The notes: generated from the letters alone by a model not told the origin. A stretch of DNA of 63,282 nt, filler included, from Chiloscyllium plagiosum (GCF_004010195.1; 3 parts of one record of this genome joined end to end with filler, not necessarily neighbours in it), one strand, 5' to 3'. Shown: positions 13,236 to 25,948, counted from the whole stretch's first letter. Made by a program: numbers and translations.

Positions 13236-13694
13236 GTAAGAACGAGCGAACCAGTTGCTCTCTTTTCAAACTCCTTAGTTTATCCCAACTAAGGTTTAAA
13301 TTCCTTTTAGGATGAGACTGTGTATCTCCCTAAGCTACTTAAGCCTTTCCAATTCCAAGGAAACTGTTTCCTGAGGCTGCAGAATCTCTGGTCCTCACTG
13401 GTACCCATTTAAAATATTGACTGTTGCTGCCTCATAGCTGGTCGTACTTGCCTCATGCAAGTGTGAGTAAAGTTCATGGGCTTTTACTGTCAACCTACTC
13501 TGCCACAGCATTCATTGTTGGATTGGCTACTTTAACTGATATGCTGACCATTTGAAAGAAATATAAATGGCTTCATTTTCATCAAACTTGGGATTACACG
13601 GCAAATTTCACTATCTCAGCCCTGAATTAAGGTGGTTTCCTAAATTGCCTTTACTGAGCATATTGGGATTCTCCTTTCTTAGCACACATATCTA

Positions 13695-13915
13695 ATGGCT
13701 AAACCCACCTCACCTGCATCTCCCTGGACACGATGGGCAATTTAGCATGGCTAATCCATCTAATCTGCACACCTTTTGCACTGTGGAAGAAAATCAGAGC
13801 GTCTGGACGAAACAGGCGCAAACACAGGGAAAATGTGCAAACCTCACCACAGGCTGGAATCGAACCTGGCATCCCTGGCACTGTGAGGCAACAGTGCTAA
13901 CCACTGAGCCCCTGT
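13695..13915 (-). mobile_element. tRNA-derived SINE (HE1-like), diverged
   Basis: Reverse complement of the SINE head and core (gtgaggcaacagtgctaaccactgagcc). Confidence 0.85.
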
Positions 13916-14602
13916 GTAGCTTCCTCTCTGTTATTTCCTAGAATTCTCTTTTTCCTGTTTTTTTTTCTGCTGAAATTTTAGTTCTGCTATCTGCGACTCT
14001 GAATTTTCCTGTATGTTTCAGTATCTTCAGCTTCTATCTGCAGATGTTTACTGCCCATTCTGCAATTTCTGTTTTGTAGCTTTCAGACAGAATCCCACCT
14101 TGAAGTGCCTTGCAGCACCTTCTGAATCCTACAAGGCCAGTGCCCTAACTTATAATGAGTTTTCTCAGCCTATTCCACGAAGGCATTAGCATCAAAACTG
14201 GACCTCCTAGCTCTTTATTTTTGCAGACCTCAGAAAAGCTATTTGCTGCTTTTTTTAAGTAGCTTTCAAAGGAAAAAAAAAATTTCCCTACTGCAATTCT
14301 TTTGTTAAGCTATGAGAACTCTCAGACTTAAGTCTCCAATTTACTTTGCAACCTGGTGAATGGAAATAAACCAACTCCTTTCTTTTCAACCTTCATGGCC
14401 AGTCAACAAAAATAACATCTAGCATAAGGCTATACCTCTTCCTTAATTGAAATGTAGCTAACTACTTTTACAGTAAGCAATAAGGAGCAATCACAAGGTT
14501 TCCATGAGTGAAAGAACAAGCAATGTTATTGCTTCCTAAACAACAATCAGAATACTCAGGTGCCGTGAAGGTCCTCATGTTGCCCCAGTGGTAGTTTTTT
14601 TT

Positions 14603-14924
14603 TTAGATTAGATTAGATTAGATTACTTACAGTGTGGAAACAGGCCCTTCGGCCCAACAAGTCCACACCGCCCCGCCGAAGCGCAACCCACCCATACCCC
14701 TACATTTACCCCTTACCTAACACTACGGGCAATTTAACATGGCCAATTCACCTGACCTGCACATTTTTGGACTGTGGGAGGAAACCGGAGCACCCGGAGG
14801 AAACCCACGCAGACACGGGGAGAACGTGCAAACTCCACACAGTCAGTCACCTGAGGCGGGAATTGAACCCGGGTCTCTGGCGCTGTGAGGCAGCAGTGCT
14901 AACCACTGTGCCACCGTGCCGCCC
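14603..14924 (-). mobile_element. Young tRNA-derived SINE (HE1-like)
   Basis: Close reverse-complement match to 7032-7354, with (TTAGA)n tail on the plus strand. Confidence 0.95.
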
Positions 14925-16639
14925 ACACTCCTGTTTCAGGAGAACCTCTTTCAAGTCCCAGCTGTTACAGAGGTGTGTAATAACATCCCTGATTAGAAAA
15001 ATAGTTTTTTTTTAATTCCCATTGAAACTCATGAAAGAACAATTTGGGAAAATCAGTTGGAGAAAGGCCCTCACTATACGTAGATGGAGAAATGGAAATG
15101 GGCTGCTTGTCCGACCACAGGATGTTTTCTCCTATAGTAGCTGCTCATAGTTTCGCTAATGAACCCAGGAGCATCAAAACCAGCACAGATTGGACAGATC
15201 AGGTTCAGGAGCTGCCTTTTTACTGGCAATGGGATGTGGGAAGCCAGGATCAACTTTATACCAACATCGGCGTCTGCCGGGTCCACCAGTGATAGTGAGA
15301 TTGGGGTTTGACAAGCTGCAAAGAAGGTCAGGAAAACTGTGAGGGAGGTTAGAGGAGACAGGGAGGTGGCAGGGCAGTGAAGAAAACAGGAAGGCTACCA
15401 AGTGGGTGACAGGCAGGCTGAAACAGGATAGTGGGAGAAAGCGAGGCTGCAAAGTGAGTGGAGTGGAGTGAGAAGAAAATTATGGGGTAGAAAATCTCAA
15501 GAGGAGTCCTCAAAAAAAAAAATTGTACTGTGCAGGAACCCCAAGAAAAATAATTAAGATCCACCAACAAGTAGACAGTCTTCTTGCAGTTACCTGGGGC
15601 TTCATACACATAAACACAGTATGTACATATATATATACGTACACGTACAGAGGTTCAAAATTAAAAGGTGATAGTCCCTGTGCAATGGAAGATAAAAGAT
15701 CAGACAACATCTGTTTTTGTAGCTTTCAGACAGAACAATCTTATGTTCTTTGGGTATCCTAAAGGCTTAAGGTTTTAAGCTGAGCCCGTGGTTAGTTAGT
15801 TGTCTTTTTTTTAAGCTGTCAAGGCCAGTTGTAAATATTACAATTACCCTTTACGTTCTCAGTTTTCTGATGTTTCATTCCAGTGCGTGCAGGCAAGCTG
15901 GGCATGTTGCTCCTTGGGGAGCACAGAGCTTTCTCAGCCTGTGTTCAGCACTGTTGTTAATTGCACCCCCTCTGGTCTAACAAAAAAAAGACCTTCTTGA
16001 ATTAGCAGCTGGTTTTGTATATTCTCTTGTCTGCTGAGGTTATGTTTACAGACTTCATAATTTCAAGTGATGTTTCATCTCTGAGAAAGAAAATTCTCAT
16101 CACAATGTAAATCAGATAAGAGATGAGGATCTTTAATGCTTCCCATGGGGTATGGCAATCTGGTTTCATTTCCCTTGGAGAACAAAAATTAATTTCAGAT
16201 TACTCTGTCTTTATAGTTTAATGGATTTTGGTTTCATGAAGCTTGGCCTTTTTTTAATTCAATCATGTGACGTGGGCATCACTGGTTAGGCTCGGATTTA
16301 CAGCCCATCACTAATTACCCAGAGGGTGGTTAAGGTGTGGGTCCACAGTTGCATGTTGGACAGACCTGGTAAGGATAACAAGTTTCCTTCCCTAAAGGAC
16401 GTTAGTGAAATAGATGTATTTTTAGAACAATCGACATGGTTACATGGTTGCCATTGTACTAGCTTTTTCTCTTGTCTTCAGCTTTTCTTTTCCATTCAGA
16501 TTTCACCACCTGCTCAGAACATTAGCCTGGGATTCTGGATACTTAGTGACATTCCTACCATGACACAGCTTTCCCCCCAATTGTTCGCTTCAGGCCTACA
16601 AATATGTTTTCTGCCCCTTGGTGTTGCTTATACAGGTTC

Positions 16640-17235
16640 CATAGCATGATTTTCTGAATCAATATCCTTCTTCACAATTGCATTGATGTGTTCTTTACTA
16701 ACAATACTACCACGCCTCCCTCCCCTTTATGGCTGTCCTTTCTAAATAAGAATACAGCTGGATGTTTAGTTCCCATTTTGGTCTCCCTTAACCATGTCTC
16801 CATAGTTGCAACAATATCTGTCTGCGCTGCTAATTAATCAATCTTGTTGGGAATGTTCTATGCATTGAGACACAAAGTCTTTGAGGTGTCCTTTAAATAT
16901 TGTTAGTCATCTTAGTTTTCTTTTGTACTGTCGCCATATTTATTTTTCTCATATGATTTTTCTGCCTTCCATTTTTGCTTCTCACCTTCCTATGTTTTGT
17001 TTCTGTCCTTGTTCTCTTATTTCTGCCTCCCTGCTCTGGTTCCCATCCCTCTACCATTTTTGTCTAAGTGTTCCTAACTTGAGAATGCCTCTCCAAGGCC
17101 ATTGGTCACAGTCCTGCCCTGATGCAACTCATCCAGCTTCTTAATCATTCCTTCCCTAAAACTAATCCCGGTGACCTACGATTCTGAATTCCTCCCTCCT
17201 ATGCTATTTTTCCAGCCACACATTCATATGGTATA
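16640..17235 (-). mobile_element. Decayed CR1 fragment (ORF1/endonuclease boundary)
   Basis: Reverse-complement remnants resembling the GGGVAL and IVATMETWL endonuclease motifs. Confidence 0.5.
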
Positions 17236-17254
17236 CCTTATTATTTCTATTCTC

Positions 17255-18430
17255 ATTAGATTTGATTTGGTTTGTTGTTGTCTTATGTACTGAGGTAGAG
17301 TGAAAAGCTTTGTTTTGCATGAAGTACAGGCAGATCACAATATACAAGTACATACAGTTCATAGGGTGTTGAGGCAGAGCATGGCATACAAGGTTATGGC
17401 TGCACAGGTGGTGCGCAAAGACAAGATCGACCTTAGATTTGACATTAGAGAGGTTCATTCATCAGTCTAACTATGGTAAAGAAGAAGCTGTTCTTGAACC
17501 TGTTGGTATGCGTGTTTAAGGTTCTGTATCTTCTGCCTGACAGAAGAAATTGGAAGAGAGCATTACTGCGGGTGGGAGGGGTCTTTGTAGGCCTGACAAC
17601 AGGAAGTGTAGATGGAGTCTATGGATGGGCGGTTGGCACTTGTGATGACCTGGGCTGTGTGCACAATTTTCTGTAGTTTCTTACAATCCTGGGCAGAGCA
17701 GTTGGTGTACCAAGCTATTATGCACCCGATAGAATGGTTTCTATGGTGCATGTGTGAAAGTTAGTGAGGGCCTGTATGGACATGCCGAATGTCCTAAGGT
17801 GCCTGAGGAAGAAGTGTTGTTGTGCCTTCTTGACCGTCACATCCACATGGGAGGTCCATGACAAATGGTTAGTGATCATTACTCCTAGGAACTTGACGCT
17901 GTCAACTCTCTCCATCTCAGTTCCATTGATGTAGACAGGGGCACGTGTCTTTCTTTTTTCCGGAAGTCAATGATCAGTTCTTTTGTTTTGCTGACATTGA
18001 CGGAGAGATTGGTATTATGGCACCATGACACCAAGCACTGTATTTCCTTCCTGTATTCTGACTCATCATTTTTTGATATCTTGCCTACAATGGTGGTGTC
18101 ATCAATGACCTTGTAGATGGCATTTATGCATAATTTGGCCACAGAGTCGTGAGTGTATGGGGAGGACAGTTAAGGGTTGAGTACACATCTTTGCGCAGTG
18201 CCAGTGTTGGGGATTATCATGTTGGAGCTGATCTCTTATTGAGATCTGTGGGTCAGAAAGCTGAGAGTCCAGTTGCAGCAGGTAGAACTGAGACCTAGAT
18301 CCTGGAGTTTTGAGATTATAGTGTTGAGGGTGGAGCTGTAGTCAAAAAGCAGGAGCCTGATGTAGGTATCGCTATTATCTAGATGTTCCAGGATGAATGT
18401 AGGGCTAGGGAAATGGCTGCACTCTGTCCA
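17255..18430 (-). mobile_element. Rex1/Babar-clade LINE, 3' half
   Basis: ORFs with [52 protein letters not shown] and KKAQQHFFLRHLRTFG; tail related to 32940-33010. Confidence 0.85.
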
Positions 18431-18689
18431 ACAAAAAGGTCCTTTGGAGCAAGTGATGAGCTGAACCAATTACCCATTCTACATTGAGAATTCTTGACAT
18501 CTAGCTTGTTGGGCACATTTTGTCAGTTGGAAACTGAGTATTAATGAGGCAAATTGCTATGTTAAGGCATTTAGCAAGCTCTATTCCCCCTTAATTGGCA
18601 ACTCACCTCTGCCGAGCAAGAGACTCACATTATTGAACAGGTTATTGCTCTGTAAGAGCTGCTTGGTAGTACAATCGATGACCCCCTCC

Positions 18690-19040
18690 ATGGGTTTGCT
18701 GATACCAAAAGCAGATTGAGGCAGTAATTGGCTGATTTGGTTTTATCCTGCTTTTTGAGTACAAGACATACATGGGTAAGTTTCCATGGTATTAGGTAAT
18801 GCCAATGTTATAACTTAACTGGAACAGCTTGGCCAGGAGTACAGTTGGTTCTGGAGCATAAGTCTTCATGCTCTTGCCAGATTGTTGTGAGGGCACATAA
18901 ACCTTTGCCGTCCAGTGCCTCCTCCAGCTGTTTTTTAATGTCACATGGAGTGAATTAATTTGGCTAGAGACTGGCATCTGTGATGCTAAGGACCTCAGAT
19001 CACCCACTTGGCACTTATGGCTGAGGATTGTTGCATCTTT
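18690..19040 (-). mobile_element. CR1/L2-group LINE fragment
   Basis: ORF 18792-19007 contains APEPTVLLAKLFQLSYNIG; related to 50280-50710. Confidence 0.55.
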
Positions 19041-19869
19041 TGTGTCTACAGGAAACTGGATTATGGGAGGATTTAAAACTCTCTACCTCACTCATAATGG
19101 ACAGCAGAGGTTCAGAATTCAGAGAATAATGGATGTTACATACAGCAAATTTGGACACCCTGTTACGAATGCTCCACTTCTGTTTTAATCACACAGCTTT
19201 GAGGCATCTGATTAATCTGCTCTGGAGAAGCAGATCAGTGATTCTATTTAAATAAAGCTGCATCCCTCAGAATTTGGCAGTTATTTAAATCTAACACTAT
19301 AGACTGTGATTTCCAGGGCTCAGGAAACCTGGCAGCTAAAAGATTATACGTAAACTGCCAAGTGCGATATTTAAATGCTTCCCTGGGCCCTCCAGCTAAT
19401 ACTCTGAAATTTTTAGTCAATTCTCCTCCCTCCCAGCCTGCAATCTCCTAGTCTGTCCACCTTCCTGTTTCTCAGTATAACCAAATCTTTGTGAATGTGC
19501 ACCGTTCCTCAATTTGCCTGTGACTGAAACCCAGTATCTGTCATGGTCACATTGAATAGCAGAGAAGGTTTGACAGTCCATATGGTCTTCTCCTGCTCCT
19601 ATTTCTTATGTTCGAACATTCTAAAGTATCTGTTTTTAAATAAGACAGTCTCTTGCTGGCTTTCCAAACCAGTGGAGTTAATTAAAGAGCAAAAACAAAA
19701 CGCTTTTGAGACAGAAGATATGGCTTGGTTCTTGATCAATACTTTGAATCTGTCTGCTGTGGTGTGGGACCGTAAACAGGAGTGAGATAAAAGAGAAGGT
19801 TGAGGCTAGTACAGAATTAAAGAGTCCAAGTTAACTCGACCAGGCAGGCGAGAGCATGGCAAGGACCGA

Positions 19870-21095
19870 GGCTGATGGTGAGCTTCTTAAACCACTGCAG
19901 GCTTTAGTGTCTAGAGACACCCACAATGCTATTAGGAAAGGAGCTCTAGGGTTTAGACTCAGCAACACTGTGGGAACAGTGAAAATGTTCCAAGTCAGGG
20001 TGATGTGTGGCTTGAAAAGGAACTTGCAGCTGGTGGTGTTGCCGTATATGCCGTGCTTCACTTGCCCTTGTAGGTGTTAGAGGTTGCAGGTTTAGAAGCG
20101 GAGCCTTGATGCAGTGCATTTTATTGATGAGATATGGTGCTACCACAATGTTTGGTGGTGAAGGAACTGAATGTTGATGAAAGGGGTACCAATCAAGTGG
20201 TCTTCTTTGCCCTGGATGTTATGAAGTTTCTTGAGTGTTTTTGGAGCTGCACTCATCCAGACTAATGGAAAGTATTCTAGTACACGCTTGACTTTGACTT
20301 GTAGATGATGGGCAGGCTTTGGACAATTCAGGGGTGAGTTACTTGCCACAGAATTCCTGGTCTCAGACCAGCTATTTGAGCCACAGTATTACTTTGGTCC
20401 AGTTCCGTTCCTAGTTAATGGTAACTAGCAGGACGTTGGTAGAGGGAAGTTCAGCAATGGATAGAATTTGTCCTGTTAAAGGTAACTGTTGCCTGACTGT
20501 AGTGGATGTGATGGTTGCTTGCCAGAACAGCCAAAGCCCGGGTGTTGTCCTGGTCGTGCGACATATGAATAGAGACTGTTTCAGTTTTTGTGATGTCGAA
20601 GATGGTGCTGAACATTGTGAAATCATGACAGATGTTTGGATTCTGACGTTAGTCAGGGCAGGGTCATTCATGAAGCAGCTGAAGGTGTTCGAGTCTGCAA
20701 CACAGCCTTGAGAAGCATTTCTACTGATGTCATGGGGCTGAGCTGATTTAGCTTTCAACAGTCACCTTTGTGTTTGATATAAATCCAACCAATGAAGAGT
20801 TTTTTTTTTGATTCCCATTGATTCTAGACTTAGTAATGCTCCTTGATGCCACAAATTGCCTTGATGTCAGGGACAAACACTCCCACAAAGGTCAACTATT
20901 TTGTCCATATTTGCAGCAAGGGTGTAATGAGACCCGAGAGTGGGCCTGGCAGAACCCAAACGGAGTGTCAGTGAGCAGGTTATTCCTTTCCACGTGCTGT
21001 TTGATGACTCCTTCCAATGACTTTGCTGATGATCAAGATTAGACTGACAGGGCAGCAATTCACTGGGTCGGATTTGTTCTGCCGTCTGTACACAG
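19870..21095 (-). mobile_element. CR1/L2-group LINE RT 3' half
   Basis: VLEYFPLVWMSAAPKTLKKLHNIQ; same family as the plus-strand copy at 28540-29585 (SEYSPLTWMSAFLTTLKKLDTIQ). Confidence 0.75.
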
Positions 21096-21099
21096 GATA

Positions 21100-21361
21100 G
21101 AAGACCATAAGACATAGGAGCGGAAGTATGCCCATTCGGCCCATCGAGTCCACTCCGCCATTCAATCATGGTTGATGGGCATTTCAGCGCCACTTACCCG
21201 CATTCTCCCCGTAGCCCTTAATTCCTTGTGACATCAAGAATTTATCAATCTCTGCCTTGAAGACATTTAGCGTCCCAGCCTCCACTGCACTCTGTGGCAA
21301 TGAATTCCACAGGCCCACCACTCTCTGGCTGAAGAAATGCCTCCGCATTTCTGTTCTGAAT
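21100..21361 (-). mobile_element. Young CR1 3' end, cut by the gap
   Basis: agaccataagacataggagcggaagt.. tail and RVVGLWNSLPQ on the minus strand. Confidence 0.85.
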
Positions 21362-21461
21362 NNNNNNNNNNNNNNNNNNNNNNNNNNNNNNNNNNNNNNN
21401 NNNNNTTAATTAATTAANNNNNNNNNNNNNNNNNNNNNNNNNNNNNNNNNNNNNNNNNNNN
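21362..21461. other. Artificial 100 bp scaffold gap pad (44 N + TTAATTAATTAA + 44 N)
   Basis: Symmetric layout, identical to 49830-49929. Confidence 0.95.
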
Positions 21462-21728
21462 CCACCTATCCACTCCACTTCCCCGCCCCCGACCTATCAC
21501 CTTTATCCCCTCCCCCACTCACCTATTGTACTCTATGCTACTTTCTCCCCACCCCAACCCTCCTCTCACGTATCTCTCCACCCTTCAGGCTCTCTGCCTG
21601 TATTCCTGATGAAGGGCTTTTGCTTGAAACATTGATTTTACTTCTCCTTGGATGCTGCCTGAACTGCTGTGCGCTTCCAGCACCACTAATCCAGAATCTG
21701 GTTTCCAGCATCTGCAGTCATTGTTTTT
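21462..21728 (+). mobile_element. Penelope-like element terminal (pLTR) fragment with hammerhead motif
   Basis: Reverse-complement match to 35695-35971; ttcCTGATGAagggcttttgcttGAAAcattga at ~21603-21635. Confidence 0.85.
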
Positions 21729-22478
21729 AGCCACTTCACTTTCTATCATAATGAGGTGTTCTTTATGGTCACTTTTTCCGAGCGGATCTTTTATGACAAG
21801 ATTGAAGGTCGAGCAGGAGAATTGGACATCAGTGAGGTTGAGGAACATATCTGAAATTGAGAATGATTCAAGTCAAGTAGAGATGGTTTTGACATCTGTG
21901 AAACACTTGCAGCTCTCCCTTAAACATAGGAATATTTGATATTGAAACTTAGACCACTTCCCTAACGCTGACATCCTTCCCATTGATAGAAAAGAGAAGT
22001 AGCTTTAAAGAATTGTGCAATCACCATAATGTTTTTGAGTAGGGATGATTTTCAAAGATCCTTTATCTGCAAACCACTGAAATCTGGACAGATTTGGTGT
22101 TAATAGCTAAATGGAAATTTGTGAATCATCACAGTTATTGCAATAATGTGCTTTGTGTACAGTTCTCTGCAGCAGTTTAAAGGTAATTCACGCTTTCATA
22201 ATAGTGGCATTTATTTTCAAGGAGTCATTGCAACCTAAAGGTCTTTTTTGAATATAATATAAATATCTGGTTGCAAATACACTCAATGTTGTTTATTCTT
22301 CATATTCACAAAATGAGGATTTGCTGTTATTTCAAAGTCAAAATATTCTGCAGCACCTACAGGGGAGTAAATATTTGAGATACATATTGTTTTTTTTATC
22401 CATTTGGTTTGCTATGACCATTGACAGTACAAATAAATAGAATTTACAAAGCACACTGTCAGTTCAGGATGATCTTAC

Positions 22479-22582
22479 CTTGTATTTGAAAGACTGATTA
22501 ACCCAAAGGTTGCAAGCAAACATGTGATTATTAAATAACTTATAAACCTGTGACCTGACAGCATTGCACAAATATCACTCCA
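22479..22582 (-). CDS. Candidate first coding exon of an unidentified secreted or membrane protein: MLSGHRFISYLIITCLLATFGLISLSNT
   Basis: Acceptor atttcatatttatag, ATG at 22564, 86 coding nt, donor AAG|gtaaga. Hydrophobic signal-peptide-like core in non-repetitive sequence. No partner exon identified. Confidence 0.3.
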
Positions 22583-22849
22583 CTATAAATATGAAATCAT
22601 TTTTGAATAATTGTTCAATGTATTCGCTGTGCACCTTCAACAAAATTGGATCCCAAAATGTAAATTTTTGGGAAAACAAAGGGAATATTTCACACTTTGA
22701 AATTCCTGCACAATATCCTACTAACTTCTGATGGATCTAATTCTACCACATTTCTCCAAGAAATATGAAATCCATTAGAATTAGAATAATTTCTCATTCC
22801 CTTAGGTAAGCAAATTTGTGGAATAATATTTCAGAAGAGGTACTTGATT

Positions 22850-23425
22850 CAAGGTTGAAAAGGTCCTGAGACAAAAGATCAAGTCTCACTCTGGGGCTTG
22901 AGAACAAAAAAAAAATCAAGTCAGTTTGGTGGATTGGTGCATTGCCTTAGAGCTAAAACTCTTAACTACAGCCCACCCTCAGGTGGAATAAAAATTTCAA
23001 AAGGCAAGTTTTCCTTCATATAAAATCGCATTCTGAAAAGGCATATCTGGAGAGAATGCTTTCCCTGATAAGAGAATCTAGGACTAGGAGGCTCTGCTGA
23101 AAAATAAGGTGTCATTAATTTAAAACAAAGATGAAGTGAAATTTTTTCTCACAGACAGTCTTAAATCATTATAACTCTCTTCCTGAAAAGGCGGTGGAAG
23201 CAGAGAACCAGTTGATAGATTCTTGACAAGCTAGGGGGTCAAAAACTATTTGGGTAAGCATGAAGCTGGTTTGAGAGTCGAGTCAGATCGGCAATCAGAT
23301 TAGTGAAGGGCAGTACAGACCTGAGGGGTTGAATTACCCATTCCTGCTTACTGTTTGTATGTCTATATGTACATCTCTCCATTTCCCTGGCCATATTTAT
23401 TCCACAAGGAACACCATAAGAATAT
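22850..23425 (+). mobile_element. Probable old Deu-domain SINE split by a CR1 3' fragment (~23040-23370)
   Basis: cttgagaacaaaa..aatcaag..ctcaggtggaataaaa before the CR1 piece and ccctggccatatttattcc after it; weak similarity to 47465-47660. Confidence 0.4.
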
Positions 23426-23435
23426 GGAGTCTAAA

Positions 23436-23914
23436 ACATGTTGACTTCAATGCTTTTTTTTCTTGCTGAGAACCTTCATTACATTCTTTGATTCAGTGCC
23501 AAAATTGGGTTGCTATTTTTATTTTTGCACATGAACAAATATTTTTTCATACTCTCTCCAAATGACAATGACTTGATGGGCAAGCTACGTATGTAGTTAT
23601 TAACGCATATGATAACATTTATTAGAAATTGCTTGCCTATCAAGTCACTGTCATTTGAAAAGAATATGAAAAAAATGTTTGCTCATATGTTAAAAATAAA
23701 ATAACAACCCAATTTTAACTTGGGACATGTTGATGTCAGTTTTTTTGTTGCTGAGAACCTACGTTACATTCTTTGATTCAGTGCCAAAATTGAGTTGTTA
23801 TTTTTATTTTTATGTATGTACAAACATTTTGTCATATTCTCTCCAAATAGCAATGACTTGATGGGTAAGCTACTTCTGATAAACATTATCATATGCATTA
23901 ATAACTATATACGT
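23436..23914. repeat. Direct-inverted-direct micro-triplication
   Basis: 23436-23588 matches 23725-23873 directly; 23587-23716 is the reverse complement of ~23786-23914. Confidence 0.9.
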
Positions 23915-24388
23915 GTGTAGCTGTTAGTACAGACAGTTTCAGATAATATATAATGATTCCTAAATAAAATCAAAAGGCAACAGACCTCCAAGATCATCTT
24001 TGAACTTTTTGACAATGCGAGAAAGTAGAACATAACTTGTATGAGTGAACTGGCAATCTCGTAATTTACTCCGATGATCTAAAGCCTGGTTTCATATTGT
24101 ATGGATTTTCCCAGTGGTGGAGGTTCACAAATTAAATATTGGGATTTCATATTCCAAACCACAAATGACCCCTGTGGAGAACTGACTGAAAACAAAAAGC
24201 TGTGAGGCACCTTTCAATTGTAAAGACTACTTCTTACATTTTTGGTGCATGGAATAAAAATGGAAAAGGACGAGTTTAAAACCAGTAAAGCTGTGTAAGA
24301 AAATGTTTGCAATTTGAGCAAAAGAAGTTCAATACTGTGAGTTGTAGATATAACATTGCCTATTTGAGCAGACAACTGGGCCAATAAT

Positions 24389-24435
24389 AGAGATAGAGAG
24401 AGAGAGAGAGAGAGTGTGTGTGCATGTGCGTGCGT
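24389..24435. repeat. (AG)n followed by (TG/TGCG)n microsatellite
   Basis: Read directly from the sequence. Confidence 0.9.
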
Positions 24436-24569
24436 ACATCTGTTCTGACAAACTTGTTTCTTTTATTGACATTTTAATTGAATAGTTGTGTGGGTTAATG
24501 AGAACTCAGTAAAGGAACAAGCTTTAATTGATTCCTGGGAAGGTCTCCACTGCCTCATATGTGCATTTG

Positions 24570-24836
24570 AACAGACACACTAGCAAGTTCAAGAACATCT
24601 TTTTTCCTTGCCATTATTAAACTGATTAATGGACTATTTAACTTCAAATAATGCTGATCTTGGTAATGTTGATCTTACCTAGCGCACATTCTGTGGGGTG
24701 TAACCTGAATGCTACTGTCCAAGATTTTTTTTCACTCTATGATAAATATTTCCTTGTTTACTACAGTCTGCCTGTATTGCTCGTAAACAAAGCTTTTCAC
24801 TGTACTTAGGTACACGTGACAATAAATCAAACTAAA
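24570..24836 (+). mobile_element. Rex1/Babar 3' UTR fragment
   Basis: Matches 52175-52435 (taatgctgatcttg.taat.ttgatct..cacgtgacaataaatcaa). Confidence 0.8.
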
Positions 24837-25818
24837 TACAGCAAGGACATCTAATTTCCAAAGAGAAACCATCTCTCTCTCTCCCTTTTGCATGTGTGTA
24901 GAAATAAAAGAAATTTTGAGCAGCTAACTACTCTCTTTCTCTCACTGCAATTCTCCTGTTTAAGGATGAAGTGAAAGCCACCTTCAGAGACACTGAAAAA
25001 GCAAATTCCCAATCAATGAATGAAAAACTGAGCATCAGCATGTCCCCAACCTTGTATCATTATCAAAGAGTCAAGACAAATCAAAGAAATAGATAGGAAT
25101 TGAAAGAAAACAACTTGTCAATATCTGTAATCTGGGCTGATACCAGAATTGTGCTTCTCTAACTACCTTTCTGCTGTAATATTTGTGTTCTGTCTTATAT
25201 CTTTGACTGTGTTTACATGTGTATGTGAATTTAAGGAAGGAGCAGAGTTCAAGTTTATGTTTCCTTTTCTCCATCTGATATAAGCTAATTAATTAATTGA
25301 AAAGTGATTATGTGCAGATAGTTGTAACTAAAATTAGTAAGCTAATTAGAAATAGGCAAAATCAGCACATATTTTTCAATGGTGACCAATCTATCTTTTG
25401 ATGTTTTTAAAAATCAACTTTTTAGACTTGTTTTTGGTTATAGCACAAACACTTTTCATCCCGCAGCTTGACGCCACACTCACTACCTACCACCTCACAA
25501 CTCTTTTGCCTCAATTCTCTTTAGGTTCATGGCAATTTTTAACGTGAAAGTAAGTTTTATCTAGAGAATTTGAAGTTCAAAATCTGTTAAAGGAACGTGA
25601 GAATCTGAAATCAAGCAAGTCAAGAAATGAAAAGGTTGTTGTCATGGATTTATCAGATTGTTGTAAAGTCCCAAATAGTAATACCCTTTGCCTTAATTGG
25701 TCTGTATATACCTTCAATTCCATGCCATCTATGAACTATTGATTTTCCTCGAAAGTAACCTAGCACTCCATTCACTCCCATAAGGGCACATAGAGGTGGG
25801 CTGACCTTGATAGTAATG

Positions 25819-25948
25819 GGAGAAAGGGAGGACTGCAGATGCTGGAGATCAGAGCTGAAAATGTGTTGCTGGAAAAGCGCAGCAGGTCAGGCAGCATCCA
25901 AGGAGCAGGAGAATCGACGTTTCGGGCATGAGCCCTTCTTCAGGAATC
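25819..25948 (-). mobile_element. Single-arm Penelope-type short element (family B) with intact hammerhead
   Basis: ggagaaagggaggactgcagatgctggagatc..aggaatc; agtaatg on both flanks (25812-25818, 25951-25957). Confidence 0.85.
25912..25947 (-). ncRNA. Minimal hammerhead ribozyme motif (family B)
   Basis: Minus strand ATTC-CTGAAGA-A-GGGC-TCAT-GCCC-GAAA-CGTC-GATT: full core, 4 bp stem II, palindromic ACGT and a GUC triplet. Confidence 0.72.

Noticed and set aside
21406..21417. TTAATTAATTAA as a homeodomain site or PacI-like motif
   Set aside because: Centred in a symmetric N pad and repeated identically at 49874-49885; an assembly spacer.
22479..22564. GABA-A receptor alpha identity for the 86 nt phase-2 leader exon
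   Set aside because: Only length and phase were suggestive; the conserved ..LLDGYDNRLRPG.. exon is not in the window.
24674..24720. Apparent minus-strand exon with a gtaaga donor
   Set aside because: Lies inside a Rex1/Babar 3' UTR that matches 52250-52330.
24965..25096. Plus-strand acceptor followed by a 43 aa frame (DEVKATFRDTEK..)
   Set aside because: The pyrimidine tract is a CT-rich low-complexity stretch, the peptide is unrecognisable and there is no supporting upstream exon.
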